This document shows positions 32,403 through 44,926 of a stretch of 64,000 nucleotides of DNA, piece after piece. Made by a program: the position numbers and the translations under genes. Source of the DNA: the human T2T-CHM13v2.0 reference genome, Homo sapiens; assembly GCF_009914755.1 (NCBI RefSeq), contig NC_060933.1; one strand, given 5' to 3'. The stretch's first letter is position 1. The number at the start of each line of letters is the position of its first letter. The notes beneath the pieces were generated by a model. That model was not told the DNA's origin. It saw only the letters and a list, made by a program, of their open reading frames with translations, and did not search any database.

Positions 32403-35280
32403 AGTTCAAGTCCCTCTAGACATTTCCAAACCTAATTAACAAGTTGGGGAAGCGAGCTGTAACCCGTTTCTCTAGCGCTTTATTTGTGTGATTTGGCCAG
32501 AAATTGCTTCAAGAGGAGACGTTCAAAAAGGAACAAAAAATCAGAACTGAAACAATGTCGGAGGGCACTTTGGGGTTTCTTCAGCAAAATGCAAATCCCT
32601 CCATTATCTTGTGGTTTAAACCAAAGCTGCCTTTTGGAAACTCCCGCTGATTCTCCAGCCTCATGGAGGGTGGCAGGTTCCTCTTTTAAGTGTTCCAGGC
32701 TAGGAGTTGCGTGGTTAACGCTGGGGTAATACACACTCTGTATTTGCTACCACAGCCCCCCACCCCTAGAAGTCTCCCAAGAGGAAATCGGTGGTGTGGT
32801 CATGCACAGCTCCTGTGCTCCTGATGGAGACTGTTGTGGATCCAGGGCCATCTAGACATCTAGGTATTTTCAGCTTTCTTCCCTTAGGACAAGAGGACCA
32901 AGGCCTGAGCAGCCCTGAATCGCTCCCATGATGGCCCAAACAGGCACGGAGGAGGGTGATTGGTCCCTGAGAATGTGGATGCCTGGAGCAGTTCACGGTA
33001 CTGTCTCTGCCTCGTTCTGAGCCTGCACTGGGGCCTTGGGTCCCTGCAGAGCTGGTGGCCCACAGCTGGTAGCACTGTCCAGGTGCAGGTTTCAATCATC
33101 TTCCAGGTAAAGGACGTGCACGTGGCCTAACAATAGAAGCCGACCTTCAGTAAGAGCCACCTGGGATGGGGCAGGTCACTGGACCACCTTTCTTCACCTG
33201 TGTCCCATCTGCGGTGGGGAGGGGGGACTTCATTCTGCATTTTACATTTGAGGTAACTGAGGCAACCTGGAGGAGGTCACAGAGCTAACCACTAGTGGGA
33301 GAGCATCAGGCACATGAGGACCTGCAGCTTTGCAGGAGGAAGACCCTGATGCCCCCAAGCATCCTCACAGGCGCTCTCGGCTGGAGGTTCATCTTTCAAA
33401 TCAGCCCTGCCTCCTCCAGTCAGCTCTGTCTGGTTTAGCTCAGCTAACAGGATGCGTCAGCTTACCTGAATAAAACACTTTACACCCCCACGTAAGGACC
33501 AATAAGCTTAACCTTTAGGGACAGGTTTGGTTTTTGTTTTGCCTCTTCCTGTCACAGGCTTCAGCTGCCACATGGATGAGGAAGTCAGGGAGGTAACTGA
33601 CCAGACCAGCACACCTTCTCCCTGCCCCTGGCTGGCTAGCTGGGACCTTTCCCCCTCTGCCTCTCCAAACCTGAGGCTGGAAGGGGCCTATGGGGGTGTT
33701 CGGGAATCTGGGAGGTTGCCAAGCCCCATCCACCAAGGGGGGCCGGTTCTGTCCCTAAGTTGGAGCTCAGGACTGGCTTCAGCCAAGGCAGTGCCCAGAG
33801 CCTTTGAGAGACCCCAGGCTGGGGTCGGTGGGGTGGGCCTGGCTCTCTGGGGAAGGCTGCCATCAGGGAGCGTGGGCTGCCGCACACTCTCCTCCCGGTG
33901 TTGACAGTGACGGATGTGGTCAGGGCAGGACCCAGACAGGGAAGAGCTGAGGTTCCTGGTGGGTCAGTTTGGCTCTTCCCTGCTCTGCTCTGTGGCTGCA
34001 AATACAAACCTGGGGCCCAGCAGGGACAGGCATCCCCACCTGTCAAAGGCCTACGGACCCAGGGAGGGGGACGCCGTTCCTCACGGCCCTGGTGTCAGAA
34101 GCATGACCGGCCTGCTTTGTCAAGAGGCGGAGGAGGGCGGGATGCCTGCTGGGCATGTGGACTCTCAGCTTCCAAGCAGGTCCTGTTGCCCTCCTGCCCT
34201 CCAGGTGACAAAGCTGAGGCACTGTTGGGAGTAGCAGTCTGCCCGTCATCCCTGGCAGTGGGTCAACATGCAGCCTGGCTCTGGGACCTGGAATTGGACC
34301 TGGGTTATGCAGCTGGCCTGTGCAGGTGCCAGCCTCGCCTCTCTGGGCCTCCATCTCCTGAGCCACACAATGAGGACGAGGCCGGCTCTGCACTGAGAGC
34401 AAGGCCGACGGCAGAGGCCATGTGCCGCAGACCTGGACTCATCCCCTCACTATGCAGGCAGGCCCCAGCCCCTAGAAGCTCCTGGAACTTGGAACTCTGG
34501 GCAGAAGCCCTCAGAACAGAGCAGCCCAGTTCTGCCTCTTCCAGCTTCCCCAGGAGCCTGCTGCCTCGTCTGCAGTGGCAGGGAAGACCATGACGCCCCC
34601 CACACCCACATCCAGGCTGCCTTGCAATCCACACACCTGTCCATTTCACCTCCATCCACGTCCCTCTCCCCTGCGGCCACCACGCAGGCCCAGCCACCCC
34701 CACCCCTCTGCTGCTGCAGCCTGGAAGGTCGCTGCATGCTTCTCTATCCCGGGCAGTCCCGCACCGCTTGGGGAAGCTGGAAGAGTCCAGGTCTGCTGGC
34801 ACCAGCCGTGAGATGGAGCATAAGGGGCATGTGGCACCCCTGAGCACAGACCCTCCTGGGCTGTCCTGTTACAGAGAGGGGCAGATCACCCTCCTCACAG
34901 CCTCCAGGCCCTCTGGGTCCAGCCGCGTTCCCTGCCCGACTCATTGTGTGAGTGCCAGGCACGTCCCCCTCCTGGGCACTCACCCTGCCACCCCCAGGCC
35001 TCCTAGGGCCAGAGTCTCTGCCCTGGACACTTGTATTTTCCTACTAACTGCCACTCATCCTTCTGTCTTGTCTGCCCCGGACAGTCATGCCCCTGCCATC
35101 TCCCCCTGGCAGGGCACGCTGCACCTTCTGAATCCCACCGTGGCCCTGGGAAAATTTCACTTGTCTCTCGGCACACCAAGGCCAGGCATTCAGGGATTGC
35201 ATCACTTTCCTGAGCTATGTACCTGCAGCATCTGGCTCGGGGCTGGGTGTGTCACTGACCCACAACCACTGCTGAATGAA

Positions 35281-35340
35281 TGATGAGCGGATGAGTGAGT
35301 GATGAGCGGATGAGTGAGTGATGAGCGGATAAGTGAATGA
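35281..35340 (+). repeat. 19-bp minisatellite (~3 copies) on an L2-like tail
   Basis: tgatgagcggatgagtgag x3 after gctgaatgaa. Confidence 0.85.
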
Positions 35341-35814
35341 GCACAGGCGGGTCTCAGGAGGTCCTTCCAGCCCTAGAACTGACTCGGGGGCCTTGGTTAA
35401 TGCCAGTGGGTGATTTTCTGACTCTAAAGGCAGATGTGGGGAGTGGAGACTCAGCCCTGAATGCATGCAGTGACCCAGCACTGAGAGAGGACGGTGGCTC
35501 TGGCGGGGTGGCCGCCTGCGAGATGCTCCCCGGGGCCTGCTGCGGAGATGAGTAAACATCAGAGTTTTGTGATGAGGGCTCTGCCAGGGGAAGCCCACGG
35601 TATCACGGAGAGAAGACAAGGGCATCCACCACAGGAGGATGGACAGGGTGGGCAGGTGTGGGCTTCGTCATCCATCATGGCCAGGGCTGGGAGTCCTCAG
35701 CGCTTCCAGCTCTGGAGACAGGCCCAGAACCCTGGAAAGAGGAGCTCCCATCAGCCCACAGGGGGCTGGGCCGGCCATCCAAGGCAGACATCCAGGGTCC
35801 TTCTATTTGAACCG

Positions 35815-36220
35815 ATGGGTAGATGCTCAGCTGCTCCGGGGGCTGGTCCAGGCTCCATCCCAGTCCTGGCTGTCCATGCAGAACATGGTACCCAGGCCCC
35901 AGGACTAGCAGATAATCCTTCAAGAGGGTCCAGAAACGGTGTGCCGAGCACAGTTCTCCATGAGTCAGAGGCCTCTGGACATGAGCCTAAGGGGCCCACA
36001 TTGAAATAGGACTCTCTAATCACAGCTGGGCACCAATCAGGCACCGGCTTCCATGGCTGAGGCCTGCTGGCTTCTCTCTCTCAGTGAACCGTGCTCCCGT
36101 CAGCCTCCGCGCGACATCCCGCAAGGCTGCAGCCACCTCTCGCTCTGCATCCAGGAGCAGGAGTGTCCGGGGTGGAGGCTCTGCTGCCCCATAGGCTGTG
36201 GGGCTGTCTGTGCCAGGAGG
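35815..36220 (+). pseudogene. Candidate WAP/WFDC four-disulfide-core domain pseudogene (putative exon 35815-35887; WAP exon from 36085)
   Basis: Acceptor cttctctctctcag|36085, then C-x11-C-x5-C-x5-C-x5-CC-x3-C-x3-C (CSRQPPRDIPQGCSHLSLCIQEQECPGWRLCCPIGCGAVC). Confidence 0.55.
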
Positions 36221-37320
36221 AAGGACCCCTACCCGCACCTGCTGTGTGCCTGCTCAGGGGTCGAGGCAGCTGCGCAGCTTACAAAGAGGACAGCACCCCC
36301 GTCTCAGGCTGCCAGGGCCTTCTGTGATCTCCTGTCCTTGGGCTCCTCTGCTGGCACCCTCCTGCTCCTCCTGAGCCGTCCTCGTGCCCTTGCCATCTTT
36401 CCTGGAAAGCCTTGCATCCATTCAGCACAGCTTCACAGCTTCACCCAGCCCGGGCCTCATGTGCCCCAGAAACACAGCCTTGAACACAACAGCGGGTTCC
36501 CTCTCAGGAGCTTCCCCACCTCCCCCTGGGTCAAGGAGAGGGAGACCAGCATTGGCGTGCACTGTGTCAGGTGGAGATCAATTGGAAGAAAAGCAAAGTG
36601 GGGTGGTGGTGGGCAGGGGACCGCAGGGGGTGCTATCTCAGAGGTTTCTGCAGGGCCGTCTGTGCAGAAGCCCATTGCTGTCGCTTGTAGCTCATCGTCC
36701 TTGTGGCAGCCCCATGCCAGTTCTGCAGGCCAAAGAACAAGGTTCAGAGAGGGTGAGCAGCTGGCAAGAGAGCACACAGCAGCTAGTGGCAGGAGCGGAG
36801 CCCAGTCTTCCCTCCAACCGAGCCCTTTCCTTCTCCTTAGCTTTGCCCACCGAAGCCCTTCCCATCTCCTTGCCTAGAGATGGTTAGGCGTGACGACTGT
36901 GTTCAGGATGACCCTGGCCAGGTGCAATAATTACAAGCCTAGGAAAAATGACAGAAAATAAACATTCCAAGATATTAGCAAGCTGGCGTGGCTTTCTCTT
37001 CTGCTTTACATTATTTTTTCCTTACTTTCCAAATTTTATGCGGTGAGAATTTATTACTTTCATTACCAGGTGCAAAAAATAGAAACAAACAAAAAACTCT
37101 GTCTGATCTTTCAGACTAGTTCGAATGTCTTCTTTTCTAGAACTGGGATGACCAGGACATTTGGGCGTGAAAGGGGCCCTACAAGCCTTAACAGATACTA
37201 AAGAACGTCAGACAAGCAGAATGAGGATGGCCCCAGGCAAGGTGGACCCCACCCCAGCTGCAGGGAACAGCAAGGCTGCAGGTCAGTGTTGAGTGGCCCT
37301 TTACAAAGGACTGTGACCCA

Positions 37321-37637
37321 GGCTGGGGGCAGTGGCTCACGCTTGTCATCCCAGCACTTTGGGAGGCTGGATCGCCTGAGGTCAGGAGTTCGAGACCAGC
37401 CTGGCCAACACGGTGAAACCCTGTCTCTACTAAAAATACAAAAATTAGCCGGGTGTGGTGGTGCACACTTGTAATCCCAGCTACTTGGGAGGCTGAGGCA
37501 GGAGACTAGCTTGAACCCAGGAGGCGGAGGTTGCAGTGAGCTGAGATTGCGCCACTGCACTCCAGCCTGGGCAAGAGTGAAACTCTGTCTCAAATAATAA
37601 AAACAAACAAAGAAACAAAAGCAAACACACACAAAAC
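37321..37637 (+). mobile_element. Alu
   Basis: TSD aaaggactgtgaccca / aaagggccgtgaccca. Confidence 0.94.
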
Positions 37638-40600
37638 AAAGGGCCGTGACCCACATGGACCTGGGACAAGGCTTCGGCTAAGCAAGCCCAATGTCCAGTG
37701 GCTATGGCCTCAGGAAGGTCAGCAAGGCAAGTTCCCTATCCCTAAGACCGGGTCTTGAGACAGAAGCAGACAGTAGGCTCAACTCTCTGGAGGGCCCTGG
37801 CCAGGGCAACACAGGTCCACGTCCAGGCAAGGTCATGCTCCCTGCCCCGCTCTGCCCCTTGGAGCAGGCTGTCAGAGGGGCCAAGGACTCCTCTCAGCAG
37901 GCTCGGGAGGAAACAGGATCTCGAGTTCTATTTTTTAAATCACAAAATTAGAGCCATTTCTGTCTCTCCCTGGTCTGTCCCCTCCGAACCTGGGAGGCCC
38001 CTCTCCAGCAGAGGCTGCTTCTGTTCTCTCTCATTCCATAAAAACACTCCCGAGCCTTTCTGTTGCTGCAAAGAGAGCTTTGATTCTTTGCCGAGAATCT
38101 GCACCGCGGGCTCCAAACGGGAGCGTTTCTCCGGAGAGGAGCAGGAGGAGAATCATTTTGTCGACGGCAGGTAATTAAGTTGCCACGCAGAGAGGGAGCA
38201 TGCGTTATACGATGATTAATCCCAGAGACGGCGAGGACATTTTTCATTTTCAAATCTCTCCTTGGTTGTTAATGAATCATCTCAGCTCCTGGGAGAGAAG
38301 TGCTGGTGCTCGCCCTAAGAGCAAGGGAAACTGAGTCGGCTGTGCCCACCGCCCCCGCCACACGGTGCAGAGTGGAAGCAGCCTCGGGAGGGCAAGTGCT
38401 GGGAGACCGTGGGCTTTCTCCCCGGGCATCTCGTCCATGTGGCTTCCTGTCTCCCCAGCCTCATCTGGGCAGGAATTCAGGAATCAATAAAAATGTTATT
38501 TTAAATAAAAAGAAAGCCACCCTGCTCTGCTTGGCACAGGCTGCCATTGACCGCCTTCTGCACCTGCTTTTGTTCTGTTTTTCTCAGGTACCTGCTCATT
38601 TCCAGCTCCCAGCCTCCCTCAGAACACAGACTGCCTTGCCATTTTCTTAGCGAGCGGTTTGCAGCAAAGTGCTATTTTGCTCTCGAACGCCTTCCTTTCC
38701 AATTGGGACAAACGGCTATGAATACGGCACACCCTGTTTTGCATTCAAACTGTTGGGAAAGTTTTGCGGCTGTAAATATCATGCTCTTGGTGCTCAAGAC
38801 AGAATTATTATTACTTTTTCCTTAGTTCTTGGAACCAGTGATAAATTAAACATTTCTTTTGCCCCCCCTTGCAGCCGGCAGGCAATGTGGAGCTGATTGC
38901 TTTGCCTCTGTCCTGACCCATGTGCCCCATCGGGAGAGGAACAAGACGACAGTGACTTGCCAGGGGCACAGGCACATGGATGGGGAGCAGGTCTAAATGG
39001 GGGAGGGGGCACGTGCAGGGGGGGCTTTTCTGAGATAGGGCTTCTCTTTGGTGTTTTCCCTGCACAATCTTCCAGTGATGAATAGAGTTTACCCTCAACG
39101 CTCAGAGGCTGACATTTGACATAGAGGGAAACTGAGGCACAATGGAGGTCTCCAGAAGATTCTGTCCCCACACACTGTTCTCTTTCCATAGTCTGCTCTG
39201 GGTCAGATCCTGGGAAGTGGTGTTTTTCCTCTGGGGCGGGCGCTGGGCGTGTGGAGGTGGGAAAGCCTCACTCCTGGGCTCTGCCAGGTGGAAACGGAGG
39301 GCGCTGTGCCTCTTGGACTAAAAGGGTGAGCCTGGCAGGTGCACTGGCCTGACTCGCGTTCCTGCTTCGAGGTCCTGAGCACCTCCTCGGAGTCTCAGTT
39401 TCCTCACCTGCAAATGATCTTGAAGATGTTCAAATGCCTTCTTCCCTCCCGAGGTCCTGAAAATGGCTGGGGAGGTCCGGGGGGGAGGATTACGTGAGGC
39501 ACACGGGATCCGCCGTGACTCAGGCCACAGGGTCCGCTGGGCACCCCGCCCAGACTGCCCCCCACCAAGAGCTGCCATGCACAGGTGGGTGGTGGAGGCT
39601 CCAGCCCCGCTCAAGCCTGCAGGCACACTTTCTCATCGACGGACCCCAACACATCCCTGTGTGTGGGCAGGGCTGGCAGGGGATTCACGCCCACCTGCCC
39701 CGCAGCACCCCGCCGTTCTGCCTCCACCCTGTCTGCCTCGCTCAAGTGCACGATGGCCAGGTGGATGGATGACCCTCCCAACCTCACCTCCCAGGTTTCC
39801 CTGAGGGAACGCAGCCCCTACTGGATCCTACTGGACCTGGGTTCTGAGATGACCCTTCCACATGAAGAAAGAGAGTCCAGGGCTGGTGGGGGCATCGCAG
39901 CTTCCTGGGGCTCTGCAGGAGACGGAAGAAGCCAGGGTGCTCATCACACAGGCCTCCAGCTTTCTCCAGGGGCTGGACCTGGGGACCAGCCTGGGGTATG
40001 GGTTCCTTCCTCTCCCCATCCCCAGCCTGCCAGCCCCTCCCGGATGGAGGTGGGAGTAAGATGCCCCCCCGCTGGAGAGCCTTTTTCTGTAGCTGTGCAG
40101 GGGTGGGAGTAGGGGAGACAGGGCTTTGTCTAATAAGAGGAATCCATCAAGTTTGCTAAACCACTTTCCCTCTGGAGCCATGCGGCTCCTCTCCAGGGAG
40201 CTTGGCCTGGCCAGGCCTGCAAGCGGTGCCTCCTCCCAGCCCCACCCTGCCTTTTGTCTTTGTCTCTGACATCTGCGTTCCTTCTGAGTGTGCTTTGCTT
40301 CTTTCTGCTGCTCGATGGCTAATAGGATTGAGCGGGAAGGCGCCAGGAGAGCCGGCAGCCCGGCCTGGGAGGGGCTCTCACTCTTCCTCTGCCAGAAGCC
40401 TTATCGAGCGCAGGGTGTTTGACTTCAGAAACACATCCCCACGGCTTTCCTTTCCGCCTTCCTTCTGGGACTGATTTGTTTACTTCTTTCAGAGGTTCGC
40501 CGTCCCTCTTTCTGCAGGGGTTTGCTGGATCACAGGTCCCCAGTGCCCCGGACATAGTGTGTGAGGAATGCGGGTATGAGAGATACTAACATAGGCAAAG

Positions 40601-41343
40601 TCGGCTCATCTCATCCAACCTCACCACCCTGTGCACTGCAACCCCACAGTGCAATGTAAAGATGGGGAAACAGGCCCAGAGACTCAAGAGAAATGAAACG
40701 AGTGGAGATTGAGACTGAACTGGACCGGGATCCGGGCCCCACAGCTGGGCTTGTCCCAAGGCTGTGTGCTGCCCCCGGAGCTCCTTGGATGGAGAAGCGC
40801 TCCCTGCCCCTCCCTGCTCCATGCCTGGCTTAGACACACGGCGGCCCTGCTCATGCCTGAAATTCCACCCTTAGCCACCCTCCCCTGTTTGGCATTGCCC
40901 TCGCACCCCCTCTCGAGGGACACAGAAACCCCGCGTGTGGGTGTCCTCACTGCAGGTCTCCCTACCTGGCAGGCGGGGAATGTTTTGGGGCAGGTGGTGG
41001 GCAATGGAGGAGAAACAGTAAGCAGGGATTTCAGGAAGAAGAAAACGCCAGCAAGGTAAGCAGGTCAACAAAACCTCACCTGTGTCAGCTTGCACACCTT
41101 CTGTCACCAGAAAGCCTGACCTTAACCTTGCACTTGTCAGATCCGATCCTGGTCCTCAAAGAGCATGGAGACCCTCTTTATACAAATGGGAATACTGAGG
41201 TATGCAGTTCGAGAGGATTGACCGAGGCCATTTGGCTGGTTGAAGGTGGGTAAAGTCCTGGGTTCCTAATTTCTGCCAGGAGACCCTTGCTCCATTCTCT
41301 TCCCAGGGCAGAACCACACTTGGTCCTGGGGAAAGCCACCTGG

Positions 41344-41434
41344 AGAGCGGAGGGCAGAGGGTGGAGGGCAGAGGGCGGAGGGCAGAGGGCAGAGGGCAAA
41401 GGGCAGAGGGCAGAGGGTGGCGCGGAGGGTGGGG
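41344..41434 (+). repeat. (GGGCAGA)n heptamer repeat
   Basis: About 11 GGG runs, mostly at 7-nt spacing. Confidence 0.9.
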
Positions 41435-41887
41435 AAGCACCCCTGTCACCTCTGCCCATGCAGCCTACCCCGTCCCCAATTCACGAGACAGTTAACTTGG
41501 TTCTTGCCCTGAGCCAGGCCCTGGCCCGGAGCCTGGGGCCACAGGTGCCCTCAAATGCACATGGGACTCAGGCTCATCAGCAGTGGCCTCATGGCAGGAG
41601 GGTGGTCACTGTGGGCTGGGGGAGGCTGTGAGGCTCCTCTGGCAGCTCCACCTGCGAAAGCCAAGTCGAAGAGTGAGTTGAGTGTGTGCTGGCCCATCTG
41701 CCCCTTTCCCTCTCCGCTCAGGGCCCAGAGCCTCCCAAACAGGCAGCTGTGACTCTGATGAAGCCACCTGGTGCGGGGGGTGTGGGGTGGGGTTGGGGAC
41801 AGCAGGGGAAGCCCACTACTTGGTAGTCCCAAATGTCACAGTCTGTGACCCATGAAGGATGGCTGGGCCACTCCTTGGGACAGGGTT

Positions 41888-42800
41888 ACACCAGACACAC
41901 ACACAGACGTATTCACACCAGACACACACACACAGACACATTCACACCAGACACACAGACACATTAACACCAAAAACACACAGGTACATTCACACCAGAC
42001 ACACACACACAGACACATTCACACCAGACACACACAAAGACCATTCACAGCAGACACACACACAAAGACACATTCAGACCAGACACACACACAGACACAT
42101 TCACACCAAAAACACACAGGCACATTCACACCACACACACACACACAAAGACACATTTACACCAGATACACACAGACCATTCACTTCAGACAGACACACA
42201 CACATTCACACCAGCCACACACAGACACATTCAAACCAGACACAGATACATTCACATCAGGCACACACACACAAAGACACATTCACACCAGACACAGACA
42301 CAAACCATTCACACCAGACACATACACATTCACACCAGACACACACAAAGACCATTCACACCAGACACACACACATTCACACCAGACACACACAGACCAT
42401 TCACACCAGACATACAGACCATTCACACCAGACACACACACATTCACACCAGACACACAGACACATTCACACCAGACACACACAAAGAGACATTTACACC
42501 AGATACACACACACAGACCATTCACTTTAGACAGAGACCATTCACACCAGACACACACACATTCACACCAGACACACACAGACCATTCACACCAGACACA
42601 CACACATTCACACCAGTAACACACACAGACACATTCACACCAGACACACACAAAGATACATTTACACCAGATACACACACAGACCATTCACTTCAGACAG
42701 ACACAGATACATTCACCCCAGACACACACACAAAGACACATTCACACAGACACAGGCAAAGACACATTCACACCAGACACACACACAGACACAGGCACAC
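41888..42800 (+). repeat. CA-rich VNTR, variable ~20-28-bp unit built on ATTCACACCAGACACACACAGACAC
   Basis: More than 30 recurrences of attcacaccag(a) and its variants separated by variable CA tracts. Confidence 0.97.
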
Positions 42801-44291
42801 CCCTGCACACAGCCACTGTGCTCATGCATAGCCGGGTACACCTGCTTGCACACTCACACTCGCTCACCCCCACACCCCCCCCCGCTTCCTCACCCACTTT
42901 CTCTCCTGGTCCTGCAGTGCTTGTTCCCACTAGGTCCCTGGGGGGCCAGGGAGAGCCAGCCAGGCCCGCCACCATTCTCTCCCCGCAGAGCGATGCCGCG
43001 TGTCCAGAGCAGCGGGTGTGGGAGGCAGAGCCTGGAGCTCCCAGAGCCGGCGGCCCACGGCCTCGCCTCCAGCCAGGAGGGTGCGGAATTCTCCCCCACC
43101 CAGCAGAGGCTCTGGCCATCTGTCTCCAAGGATGCGGGGGAGCGGACCGGCTGTGCCGCTCTAGGGCTGCTCCGCCTGACAGACAGCAGTGTCGACCACC
43201 CATGTTTGCTGCACAGACTGTAGCTTCCACACCCCTCCCCACCCCAGCAGCCTGGGGAAGGAAGGCTGGAGGTCCCTGCATGACGGGTGAGGAGAGAGGA
43301 CAGGAGCCCGGTGCTCTGAACACCGCCCCAGCCCAGCTGCACGTCAGGACCCCACACTGGCCTCTTACATTGAGAAGCCAAGACCCACCCAAAACCCAGC
43401 TATCAAAGTCTCTGGGGACAGCACCAGCAGGGCAGAGGGCGTTGGTTCCCTTAGAATGTGCTAGAAGGCTCATCCCTGCAGGAGGTGCCCCTGCAGGCAT
43501 CCTTGCCCCCACACTGCCTGGTGCTGCCCACCTGCTCACTTGCAGGTGACCCTAGTTTCTCAGTGGCTCGGCAGCCTCGCGGGCTGTTGTAACACTGACA
43601 CCACGTCTGTGAGATCATTGGCTTGGAAGATTCAGCTCAGAATTGGATAGAAGGGCCCTGCCCTGCCAGGCACAGCTGCCGGCCCTTGTCACCTGCAGCT
43701 GCATGAGAAACTAAGGCTCAAACCAAATCCTTCTGGACAGAAAAGCAGGTCCCCCTCCACTACCCCTTCGTCTGGGCTCTCGGTCAGCGGGGTCAGGGTG
43801 GCCGGGACAGTCACTCTCATTTCCAGAGGAGGCGAGAGGCAGATGAAGGCCATGGACAGCAAGCCATGGGGCCACAGCACAGCCTCAGGTCGTTGCTGAC
43901 ACACCTGCGCCTCCCACAGCCCTCCCCAGGAAAGCCGCGGCAGAGCTCACCCCACTCCCAGGGTGCTCACCTGGGACCTCCTCACCTCTGCACCTGCCCT
44001 GGGTATCCTCAGCCGTGACCCTGGCCTGGCAGTGCCGGCGGACAGGTTGCAACCAGCCCAGCTCCCCAGGGGTGAGAGGGGCCCATCACCGGCCACCCAC
44101 AGGCATCCCTGGGTCTGCTTTTTGGAGCAGTGTCCGGGGTTCCCTTCATATCCTTTATATCTATGTGAACCTGACCGGCACACTCACTCCAGGCCCAGGT
44201 GTTCTGTAAACACTGAACACCATGCTGTTAACCAAGGTTACGTTAAAAAGTGACTATGTGGCCAGGAAATAGATTTTGTATAGTTATGTGC

Positions 44292-44926
44292 TGTTAGGAT
44301 AGATACGGGTTTTCGTCTGCGGCTCCTGGCTTATAACTCCCATAGCACTTGTTCCCATTTGCGTTAGAATGTTGGGGGTGTTGAGCCTCATGGGCAGCCT
44401 CTGCCTTCTCCTGCCCTCCTTTCACCTGCCCCAAGGCGGCACCCTAACTTTCTCCTGCCTTTCGGATTGTGGGTCTTAAGACCCTCCCATGAGAGGGTCC
44501 CATCCTATGCCATGGGGGAAGGAATGCTGACATCATGAAGCTTCCATAAAATCCCAAGAGGACTCGGTTCAGTGCGGTTCCTGGAGTGTGGCGCGCCCAG
44601 CAAGGATGTGGGAGCTCTGCGTCCCTTCCTCCCACCTCGGTCTACGCATCTCTTCATCTGCAATATTCTTTTTCATTAATCTATAAATGTGTTTGCCTGA
44701 GCTCTGCGAGCTGCTCCAGCAAATTAATAGAATTGGAAAGAGGGGGTCATGGGAATGCCAACCTGAAGGCGGCCAGTCAGAAGTTCCAGGGGCCCAGACT
44801 TGCGGCTGGTGTGTGTAGGGGCAGCCTTGGCGGGGGAGCATCACAGAAGTCTTCTCCTGTGTTGATGATTATTGAGGTGTGAGAGTAGAGGAGAAACACA
44901 GTTCAGGTGAGAGGCTTCCCTGCACA
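44292..44926 (+). mobile_element. Solo LTR (MER21-like)
   Basis: gggtcttaagaccctccc...ggaatgctgacatcatgaagcttccataaaa...ctgctccagcaaattaat...ggtcatgggaa; TG..CA ends. Confidence 0.75.

Noticed and set aside
33898-34593. 231-aa ORF with scattered Cys, checked as another WAP exon
   Set aside because: No CC-x3-C-x3-C spacing; non-ATG start
36221-36877. Remainder of the 274-aa ORF as a real protein
   Set aside because: No recognisable domain after the WAP-like segment; long ORFs are common in this GC-rich DNA; the nearby AATAAA (36957-36962) abuts an L1-like remnant
41852-42687. Long His/Thr-rich and Cys/Val-rich ORFs (up to 255 aa)
   Set aside because: Stop-free CA/TG VNTR sequence; low-complexity artefact
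41888-42800. Repeat-spacer-like periodicity suggesting a CRISPR array
   Set aside because: The intervening sequences are CA variants, not unique spacers; eukaryotic context with no cas genes
42742-43549. Overlapping 243-265 aa ORFs on both strands
   Set aside because: GC-rich Pro/Ala/Gly-biased sequence without domain signature or splice support
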